Origin: Syntrophorhabdaceae bacterium
GTDB taxonomy: Bacteria; Desulfobacterota; Syntrophorhabdia; Syntrophorhabdales; Syntrophorhabdaceae
Assembly (NCBI GenBank): GCA_963665295.1
Contig: OY762209.1
Coordinates: 2,848,001 to 2,912,000 of the forward strand
DNA: 64,000 bases
Direction of reading: 5' to 3'
The position numbers and the translations under genes are program-made. This document shows, one piece after another, positions 10,133 through 19,826 of this stretch (the stretch's first letter is position 1; every line of letters starts with the position of its first letter). The notes beneath the pieces were generated by a model. The model did not search any database, was not told the DNA's origin, and was given only the letters and a program-made list of their open reading frames with translations.

Positions 10133-10190
10133 CGACCGCCGACCTTGTGGCAAGGAAATTGAACCCTATGCCCTTGGCGTCTGAGTAGTT

Positions 10191-11129
10191 ATGAAAAAAA
10201 AGGATAATATTATGACGGACACCCGGAACCAGGCAGAAGAACCGATAATTTCGGTTCTTATGCCGGTTTACAATAGCGAACCCTTTCTCGTCGAGGCGAT
10301 TGAAAGCATATTGAACCAGACCATGGGAGACTTCGAATTTCTGATCGTCTATGACGAATCCAAAGATAACTCTTACGCCATCATCGAGCGGTACCGGAAG
10401 CGGGATTCCCGCATCAGAGTGGTCCAGGGACAGAAGAAAGCCCTGATCGGCGCTCTGAATCAAGGGCTCGACGCAGCGAGAGGAAGGTATATCGCAAGAA
10501 TGGACGCCGATGATATAAGCTGCCCGGAGAGGTTCGAGAAGCAAGTGCAATTGATGGAAGCGGCAGGGGCGGATATTTGCGGATGTCACTGGCTTGCAGT
10601 CAACGAGACAGGAAAGCTAGTGGACGCGAAAATAGTCCCCTTGTCGCCTGATGCGTTCACCGCGACGCTGGCGTGTACCGTCCCGTTCGCCCATGGCTCG
10701 GTGATGGTGCGCACGGCCTTTCTCCGGAAGCATTCCCTCAGGTATGGCGGGGCGAAATACGCTGAAGACTACGATCTCTGGATTCGTTTCTGGGAAAAGG
10801 GCGCAGTCTTTGTCAATGTTGACGAGTTTCTTTTTAAATACCGGAATTCCGACACATCCCTGTCTCAAGTGGTAAGTAAAGGCAATGCCTCCGACACGCG
10901 GGCGTTGAGGAGACGGTTTGTCCGGACCAATTCGGATGCATGTCTTCGCGCCGTCAAGAAGCTGACAGAATCATATGAATCCTTGAGCCAGGTGGAGCGG
11001 GTATTCCTGCTGCTGGCGGCGTATCTGATCTCCTTAATCCTTAAGCGGCCGGTTGTGTTCGGTGTTGCGAGGCGCTCAGCCAAAAGAAGCATCGGCATGG
11101 CGCTTCTCTATCTGGTGAGAGGGTTCTAG
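10191..11129 (+). CDS. Glycosyltransferase family 2
   Basis: ISVLMPVYN, ARMDADD and AEDYDLW motifs. Confidence 0.92.
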   Translation: MKKKDNIMTDTRNQAEEPIISVLMPVYNSEPFLVEAIESILNQTMGDFEFLIVYDESKDNSYAIIERYRKRDSRIRVVQGQKKALIGALNQGLDAARGRYIARMDADDISCPERFEKQVQLMEAAGADICGCHWLAVNETGKLVDAKIVPLSPDAFTATLACTVPFAHGSVMVRTAFLRKHSLRYGGAKYAEDYDLWIRFWEKGAVFVNVDEFLFKYRNSDTSLSQVVSKGNASDTRALRRRFVRTNSDACLRAVKKLTESYESLSQVERVFLLLAAYLISLILKRPVVFGVARRSAKRSIGMALLYLVRGF

Positions 11130-11131
11130 AA

Positions 11132-12400
11132 GTGGGTATACGTTCCAATGATGACCCGGGTCACTTTGCCCACTGCAACTATACTTTGTTTTTCGTCATA
11201 GGTTTGCCCATTTTACTGGGGTTTCTTTATTCGGTGTTCCTCTCCTATCCCGATCAGTTCTTCTCGCCCTTTACGATCATAAGTGATTTGAGTGAAGAGG
11301 ACGTGACAGACGCGACTTCGTCATACTTGATCGGGGTCGGTTACTTGCCTCAGGATAGCGCGCGATATTTGAGACAGGGTTTGCAGTTTTCCCTGTCGGA
11401 ACGTCCGCTGGCCGATTTTTTCAGAGTGCTGGCAGGGTGGTTCTCAAATATCTCGCTTTTTTACATAGCAAAAATCGCGCACAAGGTGCTGCCGCAAAAC
11501 CCCTATGTGGTGATTGCTCTCATCAATCACCTCTTTATGCTGCTGACTTTAAGAAACTATATGGCGATGGCGCGAATTCTCAAGATTTCCGAAAGCAGAT
11601 TCCTGCCTTGGATTGGAGGAAACCTGATACTGATCTATGTCTTATACTCTCTTAACAAAGAAGCCATCGGGATGTTCCTGGTGAGCGAATTTGTTTTGTT
11701 TGAATACAGACAGAGTTATCCGAGGGTGCTCTTCTCCCTTTTTCTGGCCCTTATGACCCGGAACGTGTTGTTCGGTTTTGGCGTCATCACCGTGATAAAC
11801 CATTTCGTGAAGCTGAAGCCGTGGAAAGTATTGGTGATCTTTGCCGCCATTTTGCTGCCGGTCCTCTTTTACATCACGGGAGGTGCCATCCTTGGAGAGG
11901 AATTTGGCCAGTTGGGAGACGCAACGTACCAGCATGGGCAAAAATCGTCGGCAATAACCACGTATTTTTTCAAGTACGAGGAGTATCCCATGGGATATTT
12001 CCTCAGCTATATCGTCGTGCTGGCGGTTAACGTATTGGGGCCGTTCCTGAACTATGGTTACTGGAAAGACTACTTTACGGTATTCGTTCTTTCACAATTT
12101 CTGCTCCAGCTGTCGTCCCTTCTCTTTGCGCTTCTCATATGGAAGACGGTCAGGGGCCGTTTGTTTACGACCGCCATGTGGGAGGGACCCCTGAAGTTCG
12201 TCTTTTACTACACCATGATTTCCTGCATAATGCCCTTTTCTCAACATCGTTACCTGATACCGATCTACCCTGTTCTGGTGTTGAGCTACGTATATTGCTG
12301 TGAAAAGGTGCCCCGGAGCACCGGTCGCGTGTTCGGGTTTCTTGCAAAGGACACGAGAAAGGTGCCGAGCCCGGAGTTTGTGGAGACACGCTCGGGGTAA
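11132..12400 (+). CDS. Polytopic membrane protein, putative Wzy polymerase
   Basis: About ten hydrophobic segments and located among glycosyltransferases; no diagnostic motif. Confidence 0.55.
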   Translation: MGIRSNDDPGHFAHCNYTLFFVIGLPILLGFLYSVFLSYPDQFFSPFTIISDLSEEDVTDATSSYLIGVGYLPQDSARYLRQGLQFSLSERPLADFFRVLAGWFSNISLFYIAKIAHKVLPQNPYVVIALINHLFMLLTLRNYMAMARILKISESRFLPWIGGNLILIYVLYSLNKEAIGMFLVSEFVLFEYRQSYPRVLFSLFLALMTRNVLFGFGVITVINHFVKLKPWKVLVIFAAILLPVLFYITGGAILGEEFGQLGDATYQHGQKSSAITTYFFKYEEYPMGYFLSYIVVLAVNVLGPFLNYGYWKDYFTVFVLSQFLLQLSSLLFALLIWKTVRGRLFTTAMWEGPLKFVFYYTMISCIMPFSQHRYLIPIYPVLVLSYVYCCEKVPRSTGRVFGFLAKDTRKVPSPEFVETRSG

Positions 12401-12484
12401 TCGGGACATGGGAAACGTTGTGACCTGAGGCCAACCAAGCGGCCGGTGCGGCGGACGACCGCGGCCGGCGCGCTGTCCGCTTAA

Positions 12485-13384
12485 GTGAGGTATGATATGA
12501 TTTCTGTAATAGTTCCGTTGACAAACGCAGCCCATATTGAACGAAAGATTAATGATTGTGAAGCGCTATCGGGGATTGAGCATGAGGTTGTCTTTTGCTA
12601 TAATGGCCCTGATAGCGGATTCGGCGAAGTCGAAACCATAGTTGAACGAAAAGGAAACCCTCGTGTGCGCTTAGTGAAATCGACGCCATTCAATAAGAAT
12701 ATCGCGATAAAGGCGGGACTTGACGTCGCCCGGTACGATCGGTGTCTTTACACGGACGTGGACTGCTGCTTTTACGGCCCCATCGATGTCCAGGGTTTAG
12801 TACGTGACATTAGATCGGATAACGTGGTATCATTCATCGTATTGAGAAGTACAAGCGATTCCAAGCTTAAGGTGCTGAGGCGCGTGAGAGAGCTGAAATT
12901 CGCCGGTCTGAGGTTCTTGCATCAGTACTACCTCTGTGTCAGAGGGGGTGGATATATTTCAGGGAACGTATCATCCATGATACGACCTGATATACTGTCG
13001 GATGATCTCTATTATCCTTTGGAATTTTGCGATAGACACAGGGCGAATATCGTTGTCTCAAATTCTGTGACTTTCGCGGAAGACGATAATGACAAGACTC
13101 CTTATGTCAATAAGCTGCCGCGGCTTATGTTCGGGGCATTTCAGGGATTCAGGTTGGTGAAGAGCATGCGGGCAAAGGTAAGCATATTGACCCAAAAGCT
13201 GCTCAAATATTTCGCGGTAGCCTTTTCTCCCCTGATAGTAGCCGCCATACTCGTGAGTGCGCGGGTCAACATCATCGTCGCCCTTGCTTTGGCTCTTATT
13301 TTTTCATGGGTCAAACGGAAATACCTGATCAAAACATGGCAGGGTATAAAGTGTGGTTTGCTGGACAGGAAACCTGAGTGGTAG
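12485..13384 (+). CDS. Divergent GT2 glycosyltransferase with C-terminal TM segments
   Basis: ISVIVP start, YTDVD (DxD) and SDDL; AT-rich. Confidence 0.7.
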   Translation: MRYDMISVIVPLTNAAHIERKINDCEALSGIEHEVVFCYNGPDSGFGEVETIVERKGNPRVRLVKSTPFNKNIAIKAGLDVARYDRCLYTDVDCCFYGPIDVQGLVRDIRSDNVVSFIVLRSTSDSKLKVLRRVRELKFAGLRFLHQYYLCVRGGGYISGNVSSMIRPDILSDDLYYPLEFCDRHRANIVVSNSVTFAEDDNDKTPYVNKLPRLMFGAFQGFRLVKSMRAKVSILTQKLLKYFAVAFSPLIVAAILVSARVNIIVALALALIFSWVKRKYLIKTWQGIKCGLLDRKPEW

Positions 13385-13536
13385 TGATTTTTGTTGTGCG
13401 GAGTGACTATGGGAAGTGTATGATGGAAGGCGTCGATGTTACAGTGGGACGATAGAGTTGGGTTCGAAGGGTCTTCAGCATCCGGACCGTCAATGCATAG
13501 TTTGGGGCAGGGCCTTAAACTTAATGTGAGGTAATT

Positions 13537-14940
13537 ATGAGCAAAACACCAAGTTTGTTTAGGACACACGGCTTAGTATTCAACCACTTATTTCAGGTGG
13601 GTGAAATGTGCCTGACAATCCTGTCTCTGATCCTTGCGGCAGATTTCGTGGGTTACCCCTGGAACCCCATGTTCAATATCCTGCTGGTCATGGTGTTGAT
13701 CCTCTATAATATGATGGCGAGGCGCTATGAGTTGTATTCTTCCAAGCGGGGCCGTTCGGTTTGGGCTGAACTGAACACTCTCGTTCGGGTCTGGTGTTTC
13801 AGTTTTATCGTGTGTCTGACGGCGTTTTTCCTGGGGGGTATATCAGGGGCAAATTTCAGAAAGACATTGGTGAGCTGGTTTATTGCGGGGATTGTCATGC
13901 TCGCCCTGGACCGGCTCCTGTTGAGGGCTGTGTTCGACTATATACGGAAGAAAGGATACAACAGGCGTTTTGCGGTGATTGTCGGTGCCGGCGAGGTGGG
14001 GTTGACCCTCGCGCGTAACCTGGAAAATGCGGCGTGGTCCGGAATAAAGGTGGTCGGCTTTTTTGACGACAAGACGGAAAGCATCTCCTCTACTGTCCCC
14101 ATACTGGGTAAGACTGCTGATCTGGACAGTTTTCTGAGATCCCATCAGATAGATTATGTATACATGGCCCTTCCCATGAGGGCAGAGGAAAAGATAAGGC
14201 GAATAGTGGGCAAGTGCAGGACCTTTGGGGCGGAACTCTATATGGTGCCTGATTTCTTTGCGTTCTATCTTCTCCACTCGAGAGTAGAACAAATAGGGAA
14301 TGTCATTATGCTGAATTTCAATCCCTACATGGCCTGGAAACGCTACTTCGATCTGTTCTTCTCGGTGCTTGCCATCATTGCCTTCTCTCCGCTCATGTTT
14401 CTCATTGCAATACTCATCAAATTGGAAGACCGCGGTCCCGTCTTTTACGGGCATAAGCGTATTGCCGCCACGGGGCGGGAATTCAAGTGCTGGAAATTCC
14501 GGACCATGTTTGTGAACGCGGATAAGAAGCTGGCTGAAATCCTTGAATCCGACCCCGAGGCGAAAAAAGAGTGGGATGTGTGTTTCAAGTTGAAGAATGA
14601 TCCGAGAGTAACGAAGATCGGCAAGTTCCTGAGAAAAACCAGCCTGGACGAGCTTCCCCAGTTTTTCAATGTGCTGACCGGCGAGATGAGCGTGGTCGGG
14701 GCAAGGCCTATCGTGGAAAAGGAGCTATATGAATATTACAGGGAGCACGGCGGCCTTTACTGCTCTCTTAAGCCCGGCATAACAGGACCGTGGCAGGCGG
14801 GGAAAAGGAATGATACGGAAGACTACAATGAAAGGGTCCAACTTGATGCATGGTACGTTCAAAATTACTCCCTTAGACTGGATCTGAAGATCATTTTTAA
14901 AACCGCTGCCTCTATGGTTCACGGCAAAGGGGCGTACTGA
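13537..14940 (+). CDS. Undecaprenyl-phosphate sugar-1-phosphate (priming) transferase, WbaP/WcaJ family
   Basis: N-terminal TMs and IVGAG, then KRYFD, KFRTM, DPRVT..G.FLRKTSLDELPQ and KPGITG. Confidence 0.93.
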   Translation: MSKTPSLFRTHGLVFNHLFQVGEMCLTILSLILAADFVGYPWNPMFNILLVMVLILYNMMARRYELYSSKRGRSVWAELNTLVRVWCFSFIVCLTAFFLGGISGANFRKTLVSWFIAGIVMLALDRLLLRAVFDYIRKKGYNRRFAVIVGAGEVGLTLARNLENAAWSGIKVVGFFDDKTESISSTVPILGKTADLDSFLRSHQIDYVYMALPMRAEEKIRRIVGKCRTFGAELYMVPDFFAFYLLHSRVEQIGNVIMLNFNPYMAWKRYFDLFFSVLAIIAFSPLMFLIAILIKLEDRGPVFYGHKRIAATGREFKCWKFRTMFVNADKKLAEILESDPEAKKEWDVCFKLKNDPRVTKIGKFLRKTSLDELPQFFNVLTGEMSVVGARPIVEKELYEYYREHGGLYCSLKPGITGPWQAGKRNDTEDYNERVQLDAWYVQNYSLRLDLKIIFKTAASMVHGKGAY

Positions 14941-15059
14941 TTGGAAGAATGCCGGTTAGAGGACAAGGGCGTAACAGTGCGCCGGTAAACGAATTATTGC
15001 ACGAACAACGCGAAGCGACAGAATAAATCGTAAAAGACAACGAAGGTGAATGACGCACA

Positions 15060-15599
15060 ATGAAATCAAGGCGGGCTAAACAAGTCATTTTTGTAATTCT
15101 GGGCCTTATGGCCCTGGGGGTTGTCAGCGCGCACGCCATTGACAGTGGGGTGACCAGACAGACCCTTGTCGGTCTTAAAGGCGTCAACGTAGTGGTGGAA
15201 GAACTGCAGCCGGACATTCAACGGTATACGCAGAAGTTTCTCCTGCAGAAGGAGCAAATAAAAGCAGATGTGGAGTCCATGTTAAGGAAATCGGGCATTA
15301 CGGTGCTGACATATGAGCAGTGGCTTGCGGCGCCGGGAAGACCCTTTCTTTATGTGGCTGTCAATACACACGAATACGAGAAATACTGGTATGCGTACGA
15401 TATAAAGGTGCAACTCAGACAGAGGGTCTTCCTGGAGATGAACCCCTCGATAACCACCATAGCGAGCACCTGGGCGATAAATATGACAGGCAGCACGAAT
15501 ATTGCAAAACTTAATGAAATCAAGGATGGTCTCGGTGTTCTTGTGAGAAGGTTCGCCGAGGCGTGGAATACGGCGAACGCGGTAAAATCGGGAAATTGA
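15060..15599 (+). CDS. Exported hypothetical protein
   Basis: Signal peptide (MKSRRAK...VSAHA); co-oriented within the cluster. Confidence 0.7.
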   Translation: MKSRRAKQVIFVILGLMALGVVSAHAIDSGVTRQTLVGLKGVNVVVEELQPDIQRYTQKFLLQKEQIKADVESMLRKSGITVLTYEQWLAAPGRPFLYVAVNTHEYEKYWYAYDIKVQLRQRVFLEMNPSITTIASTWAINMTGSTNIAKLNEIKDGLGVLVRRFAEAWNTANAVKSGN

Positions 15600-15630
15600 A
15601 AGGCTCCACGCGGTCACTGGAGAGGAGAGA

Positions 15631-16584
15631 ATGGAGACGGGAGCGGAGAAACAAGGCGGAACAGTCGACGCATTGAGTTACCTTCGTGTGATTCTCAAGA
15701 ACAAGAAGCTGATCGCGTATATTGTCGGTATCGCGGTTGTGGTAACCATTTTAAGATCTCTTGCGATAACCCCGGTATATGAGGCGAAGGCTACGATAAT
15801 ACCGGCAAACGCGCCGACCAAAGACTCCGGCATGTCGTCCATGGCTGCCGCTCAATTCGGAATAGCCCTGCCTGCAGCCCCCCAGTCCACCGAGATGGTG
15901 ACCCTGTTGAGAAGCAATTCGCTCAAGGAAAAGGTAATCAGGAGTCACAACCTGCTGCCCGTGCTGCTCGGTAAGGGAAGCCTCAATAAATCCGAAAACA
16001 GCGCGATGTGGGCGGGGATAAGGAATTTGCAGGGTATGACGAAGGTGAAATATGTACCGAAAGAGGTCATCATCGACATATCGGTGGAAAATAAAAATCC
16101 CAAATTAGCGGCGGATATACTTCAATACACCCTGGACGAACTTAATGGGTATATGAGCAATGAAACCAAGAGGGTGGCGGAGGCGAACAGGCGATTTCTT
16201 GAGTCCCAACTTGATAAAGTTGCCGATCCGTACATAAAGGCAAGGATTTATACGATAATCGCGCAGCAGATCGAGACTTCCATGATGGCGGAGGCGAAGG
16301 AGAATTTTGCCTTCAAAGTGCTCGATGCGCCCCGGGTTCCGGACCGGAAGATCCGGCCCAAGAGGGCGCAGATGGTGCTGGTTTCCTTTGTGGTCGCGTT
16401 ATTTTTGGGTATATTTGCCGCATTTGGAAAGGAATTTATTTTGCTTCATAGAGCAGAGTTAGCCGAACTGGGAAGACTGATCGGACTGAAACCGGGCAGA
16501 CTGAGCGGGCTGAAGCTGGGCAGATTAAGGGGACTGAAACTGGGCAGATTAGGGGGACTGAAATGGAGGGCGAAGAAGAGGTGA
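15631..16584 (+). CDS. Wzz/GNVR polysaccharide co-polymerase
   Basis: TM1 followed by PVYEAKATI, a coiled region, VLDAPRVPDRKIRPKR and TM2; GGAGAGGAG SD. Confidence 0.88.
   Translation: METGAEKQGGTVDALSYLRVILKNKKLIAYIVGIAVVVTILRSLAITPVYEAKATIIPANAPTKDSGMSSMAAAQFGIALPAAPQSTEMVTLLRSNSLKEKVIRSHNLLPVLLGKGSLNKSENSAMWAGIRNLQGMTKVKYVPKEVIIDISVENKNPKLAADILQYTLDELNGYMSNETKRVAEANRRFLESQLDKVADPYIKARIYTIIAQQIETSMMAEAKENFAFKVLDAPRVPDRKIRPKRAQMVLVSFVVALFLGIFAAFGKEFILLHRAELAELGRLIGLKPGRLSGLKLGRLRGLKLGRLGGLKWRAKKR
16468..16563 (+). repeat. 4 x 24-bp imperfect in-frame tandem repeat in the wzz 3' end
   Basis: ctgggaagactgatcggactgaaa / ccgggcagactgagcgggctgaag / ctgggcagattaaggggactgaaa / ctgggcagattagggggactgaaa. 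Confidence 0.85.
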
Positions 16585-16670
16585 AGAAGCGCCTGTCCCA
16601 TCCCGCAAACATGAAATTTAACGGTTTAAAGCCTATCGTGAAAGGCATACAAAGAAACGGGGGTTATCGA

Positions 16671-19600
16671 GTGGTTAAACAGATCCTTCTGACAATCTGC
16701 GTAATACTGGGGGTAACGTGGGCGCTGCACGGTTATGCCCAGCAGGCCCCGGTCGTCCAGGGGCGACCGCAAGGTACTAACTATCTTGGACCACAATCGC
16801 CTCAACCTCCCGCAACGGTGCCCGGCAACATGATGCCCGGGTCACCGGGTACGGTGCAAACCGTTCCCGTTCAGACGGAGGTGCTTCAGAAAGCGACTCC
16901 CGAGCAGAGGAAGGCCATAGAGGAAGCGGGGAAAGATAAAGGAGACCTTCTCACGCCGGAAGCGCTGGAAGCACTTAGGGTGAAGCCTGAGTTTCAGGGC
17001 CTTAAGCCGGGAGACATCGTACAAGGCAAAGAAACCCTTGAGAAGAAAGGAAGCGCGAAGGTCGCAGGGGCCGGGCCGGAGAAACGGATACCGGGCGGAG
17101 AGAAGGGAGAGCAGAGCAACTTCGAACGGGCGAGGGCCATCGGCAGGTACCAGGAGATATCTACAAGCCTCAAACCTTTTGGTTATGATTTTTTCCAGGA
17201 TGCGGCGGTACGTATTATTATGGACCGGAAGGATATTCCCGTTCCCACCGACTACGTGATTGGTCCCGGAGACGAGGTCAAGATACTCCTTTGGGGACGG
17301 GTGAGCGCGAACTATAACCTTACAGTCGATAGAAACGGCAATATCACCATCCCCCAGGTGGGACCGGTTCCCGTTGCCGGACTCACCTTTGAGCAGATGT
17401 CAAAACACCTCATCAAACAAGCAGATCAAATCGTGGGTGCCAACATTGACGTCACTATGGGCGCCTTGAAAAGCATTCCCATTTTTGTCCTCGGCGATGT
17501 GAGGAGGCCGGGAGCTTACACCATAGGCTCCTTTGCGACCATGACGGATGCGCTGCTCGTGGCCGGCGGACCGTCGGACATCGGGACTATGAGGAGCGTC
17601 CAGTTAAGGAGAAAAGACAAGATTATCACCACTTTCGACTTTTACGACCTTCTGTTGAAGGGGGATAAATCGAAGGACACCATGCTCCAGGCGGGAGACG
17701 TGGTTTTTGTCCCCGTACAGGGCCCTCTGGTCGGCGTTGCGGGCAACGTGAAGAGACCCGCCATTTATGAGCTCAGGGGAAAATACGACCTCGAAACACT
17801 TTTTGATCTGGCGGGCGGCATCATTCCCACCGCCTACACCCAACAGATCCAGATAGAGAGGATTGTCAGGAATGAAAGGCAAGTAGTTGTCGACGTAGAC
17901 GACAGACACCTTAAGAAAGCCAAAGATACCCGTCTCCAGGACATGGATCTGGTAAAGGTGTTCAATATTGTTGAAAAGGAAGCTAATACGGTGTTCCTTA
18001 CGGGCAATGTGAAGAAGGCGGGTAAGTATGAGTACAAGAAGGGCATGAAGATCCGGGACCTCCTGAAGGATAAGGGCGACCTTCTCTCGGAGACCGCCAT
18101 GGATTACGCCCTGCTGGTGAGGATTGAACCCCCTGCCTTTGAAAGAAGACTGATCCCTTTTAATCTGGAAGCTGTCTTGTCCTCAGGCGACCCAGCGAAA
18201 GACTTTGAACTCCAACCTCAGGACCATGTGTATGTCTTCTCCAAATGGTTCTTCAGGGATAGGCCCTATATCACAGTGGAGGGCGAGGTCCGAAATGCGC
18301 GAACCGGTATTTCTGAAAGAAGAGGTCCGTTGGAGGGAGATGATCCTATGGGTGGCCCACGGAAAAGAGAGCAAGTCGGCGGAGAGAATCGAGTAAAAAT
18401 CGACCTCAGCCAGAACATGCGGGTACGAGATGCGATTCTGATGGCGGGGGATGTGACAAGGGACGCGTATCTCCGGAAGGGAGAGATGCTCCGTATCGAC
18501 AGGAACCGGGATTACTCCAGGATTTACTTCGATGTGGGAAAGGCTATGGCGGGGGACCCCGAGAGTAACCTGCTCCTTCAGGATGAGGACAGGATAGTCG
18601 TTCACTCAATCTACGAGTTTGAATACAAGAAATCCGTCTCCATTGACGGCGACGTGTTGAAACCGGGTGATTACCAGTATCTGCAAGGGCTTACAGTGAA
18701 AGACCTGGTATTTGCCGCAGGAAATATTCGGGAGTCTGCCTATCTTGATGAGGCTGAGATCACGAGCCAAATTGTTGAGGACGACAAGACCGTCAAATCA
18801 GAGCGCAGGGGTATAAATCTGAAGAGGGCACTCCGGGGAGACCCGGTGGATAATGTGGTGTTGAAGCCCTATGACAGGGTCACGGTAAAGAGACTCCAGG
18901 ATTGGCGCAGGGAGCAGTTCGCAACCGTAGGCGGGGAAGTAAAGTTTCCCGGACGGTACGCGACGAGGAAAAAGGAGCGTCTTTCCTCGCTCATTGAGCG
19001 GGCAGGCGGTTACAGCGACGACGCGTATCTCAGGGGCGCGGTGTTTACGAGGGTGCGGGTAAGAGATTTGCAGCAAAAAGGCATCGATGAGATGGTCACA
19101 AGGATGGAAAAAGAGCTTCTCTCCGAGACCTCCACCGTGGATTCGGGCTCGTCGGAAGGGGTTCAGGCCAAACAGGTTGAGGTGGTGCAGCGGCAGCGGT
19201 TCATAGAGACCCTCAGGAAGGCGAAGCCTACCGGCAGGTTGACCGTATATCTTGCCAACTTGAGACTCCTTAAAGGAAGCGACTATGATATTGAACTGGA
19301 GGCGGGCGATGAACTTTACATCCCGACAAAGAGCAGCGTGGTGAATGTTGCAGGCGCGGTCATGGTCAACGGGACCTTTACCTATGGCGATACCCTCGCC
19401 TACGAGGACTATGTAAAGATGGCGGGAGGTTACACACGTTACGCAGATACAAGCAACATATTTGTAATGAAAGTTGATGGCAGTGCAAGGAAAATGTCCT
19501 CCGGGGCCGTGAACTGGAACCCGTTTCGAAAAAGATGGGAGGCTGCCGGTTATGGCGAAGGGCGGAGTGCTATAGAGGCAGGGGACAGCATCGTGGTCCC

Positions 19601-19721
19601 CGAGAAACTCGAACGCACCGCATGGCTCAGAGAATTGAAGGACATAACCCAGATATTTGCCAATGTCGGGTTGGCTGCTTCTACCGTGGCGGTCCTCTAT
19701 AAGACTCTGAAGAACAACTAA
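16671..19721 (+). CDS. Large multi-SLBB polysaccharide export protein (Wza/KpsD/OtnA-like)
   Basis: PFGYDFF and DYVIGPGD (Poly_export) plus repeated GxVxxPGxY SLBB motifs. GTG 16671 gives a signal peptide; the ORF is open from 16563. Confidence 0.88.
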   Translation: MVKQILLTICVILGVTWALHGYAQQAPVVQGRPQGTNYLGPQSPQPPATVPGNMMPGSPGTVQTVPVQTEVLQKATPEQRKAIEEAGKDKGDLLTPEALEALRVKPEFQGLKPGDIVQGKETLEKKGSAKVAGAGPEKRIPGGEKGEQSNFERARAIGRYQEISTSLKPFGYDFFQDAAVRIIMDRKDIPVPTDYVIGPGDEVKILLWGRVSANYNLTVDRNGNITIPQVGPVPVAGLTFEQMSKHLIKQADQIVGANIDVTMGALKSIPIFVLGDVRRPGAYTIGSFATMTDALLVAGGPSDIGTMRSVQLRRKDKIITTFDFYDLLLKGDKSKDTMLQAGDVVFVPVQGPLVGVAGNVKRPAIYELRGKYDLETLFDLAGGIIPTAYTQQIQIERIVRNERQVVVDVDDRHLKKAKDTRLQDMDLVKVFNIVEKEANTVFLTGNVKKAGKYEYKKGMKIRDLLKDKGDLLSETAMDYALLVRIEPPAFERRLIPFNLEAVLSSGDPAKDFELQPQDHVYVFSKWFFRDRPYITVEGEVRNARTGISERRGPLEGDDPMGGPRKREQVGGENRVKIDLSQNMRVRDAILMAGDVTRDAYLRKGEMLRIDRNRDYSRIYFDVGKAMAGDPESNLLLQDEDRIVVHSIYEFEYKKSVSIDGDVLKPGDYQYLQGLTVKDLVFAAGNIRESAYLDEAEITSQIVEDDKTVKSERRGINLKRALRGDPVDNVVLKPYDRVTVKRLQDWRREQFATVGGEVKFPGRYATRKKERLSSLIERAGGYSDDAYLRGAVFTRVRVRDLQQKGIDEMVTRMEKELLSETSTVDSGSSEGVQAKQVEVVQRQRFIETLRKAKPTGRLTVYLANLRLLKGSDYDIELEAGDELYIPTKSSVVNVAGAVMVNGTFTYGDTLAYEDYVKMAGGYTRYADTSNIFVMKVDGSARKMSSGAVNWNPFRKRWEAAGYGEGRSAIEAGDSIVVPEKLERTAWLRELKDITQIFANVGLAASTVAVLYKTLKNN

Positions 19722-19826
19722 AGGTATATGTGCTATACAACAACTGGCCCCTTACCCGGTCTGAAGGTCTCCGGATGAGATGCCCGGGGAGGGCGCAAGA
19801 AAAAGCAGATAAGCCGGGAAGATGGC

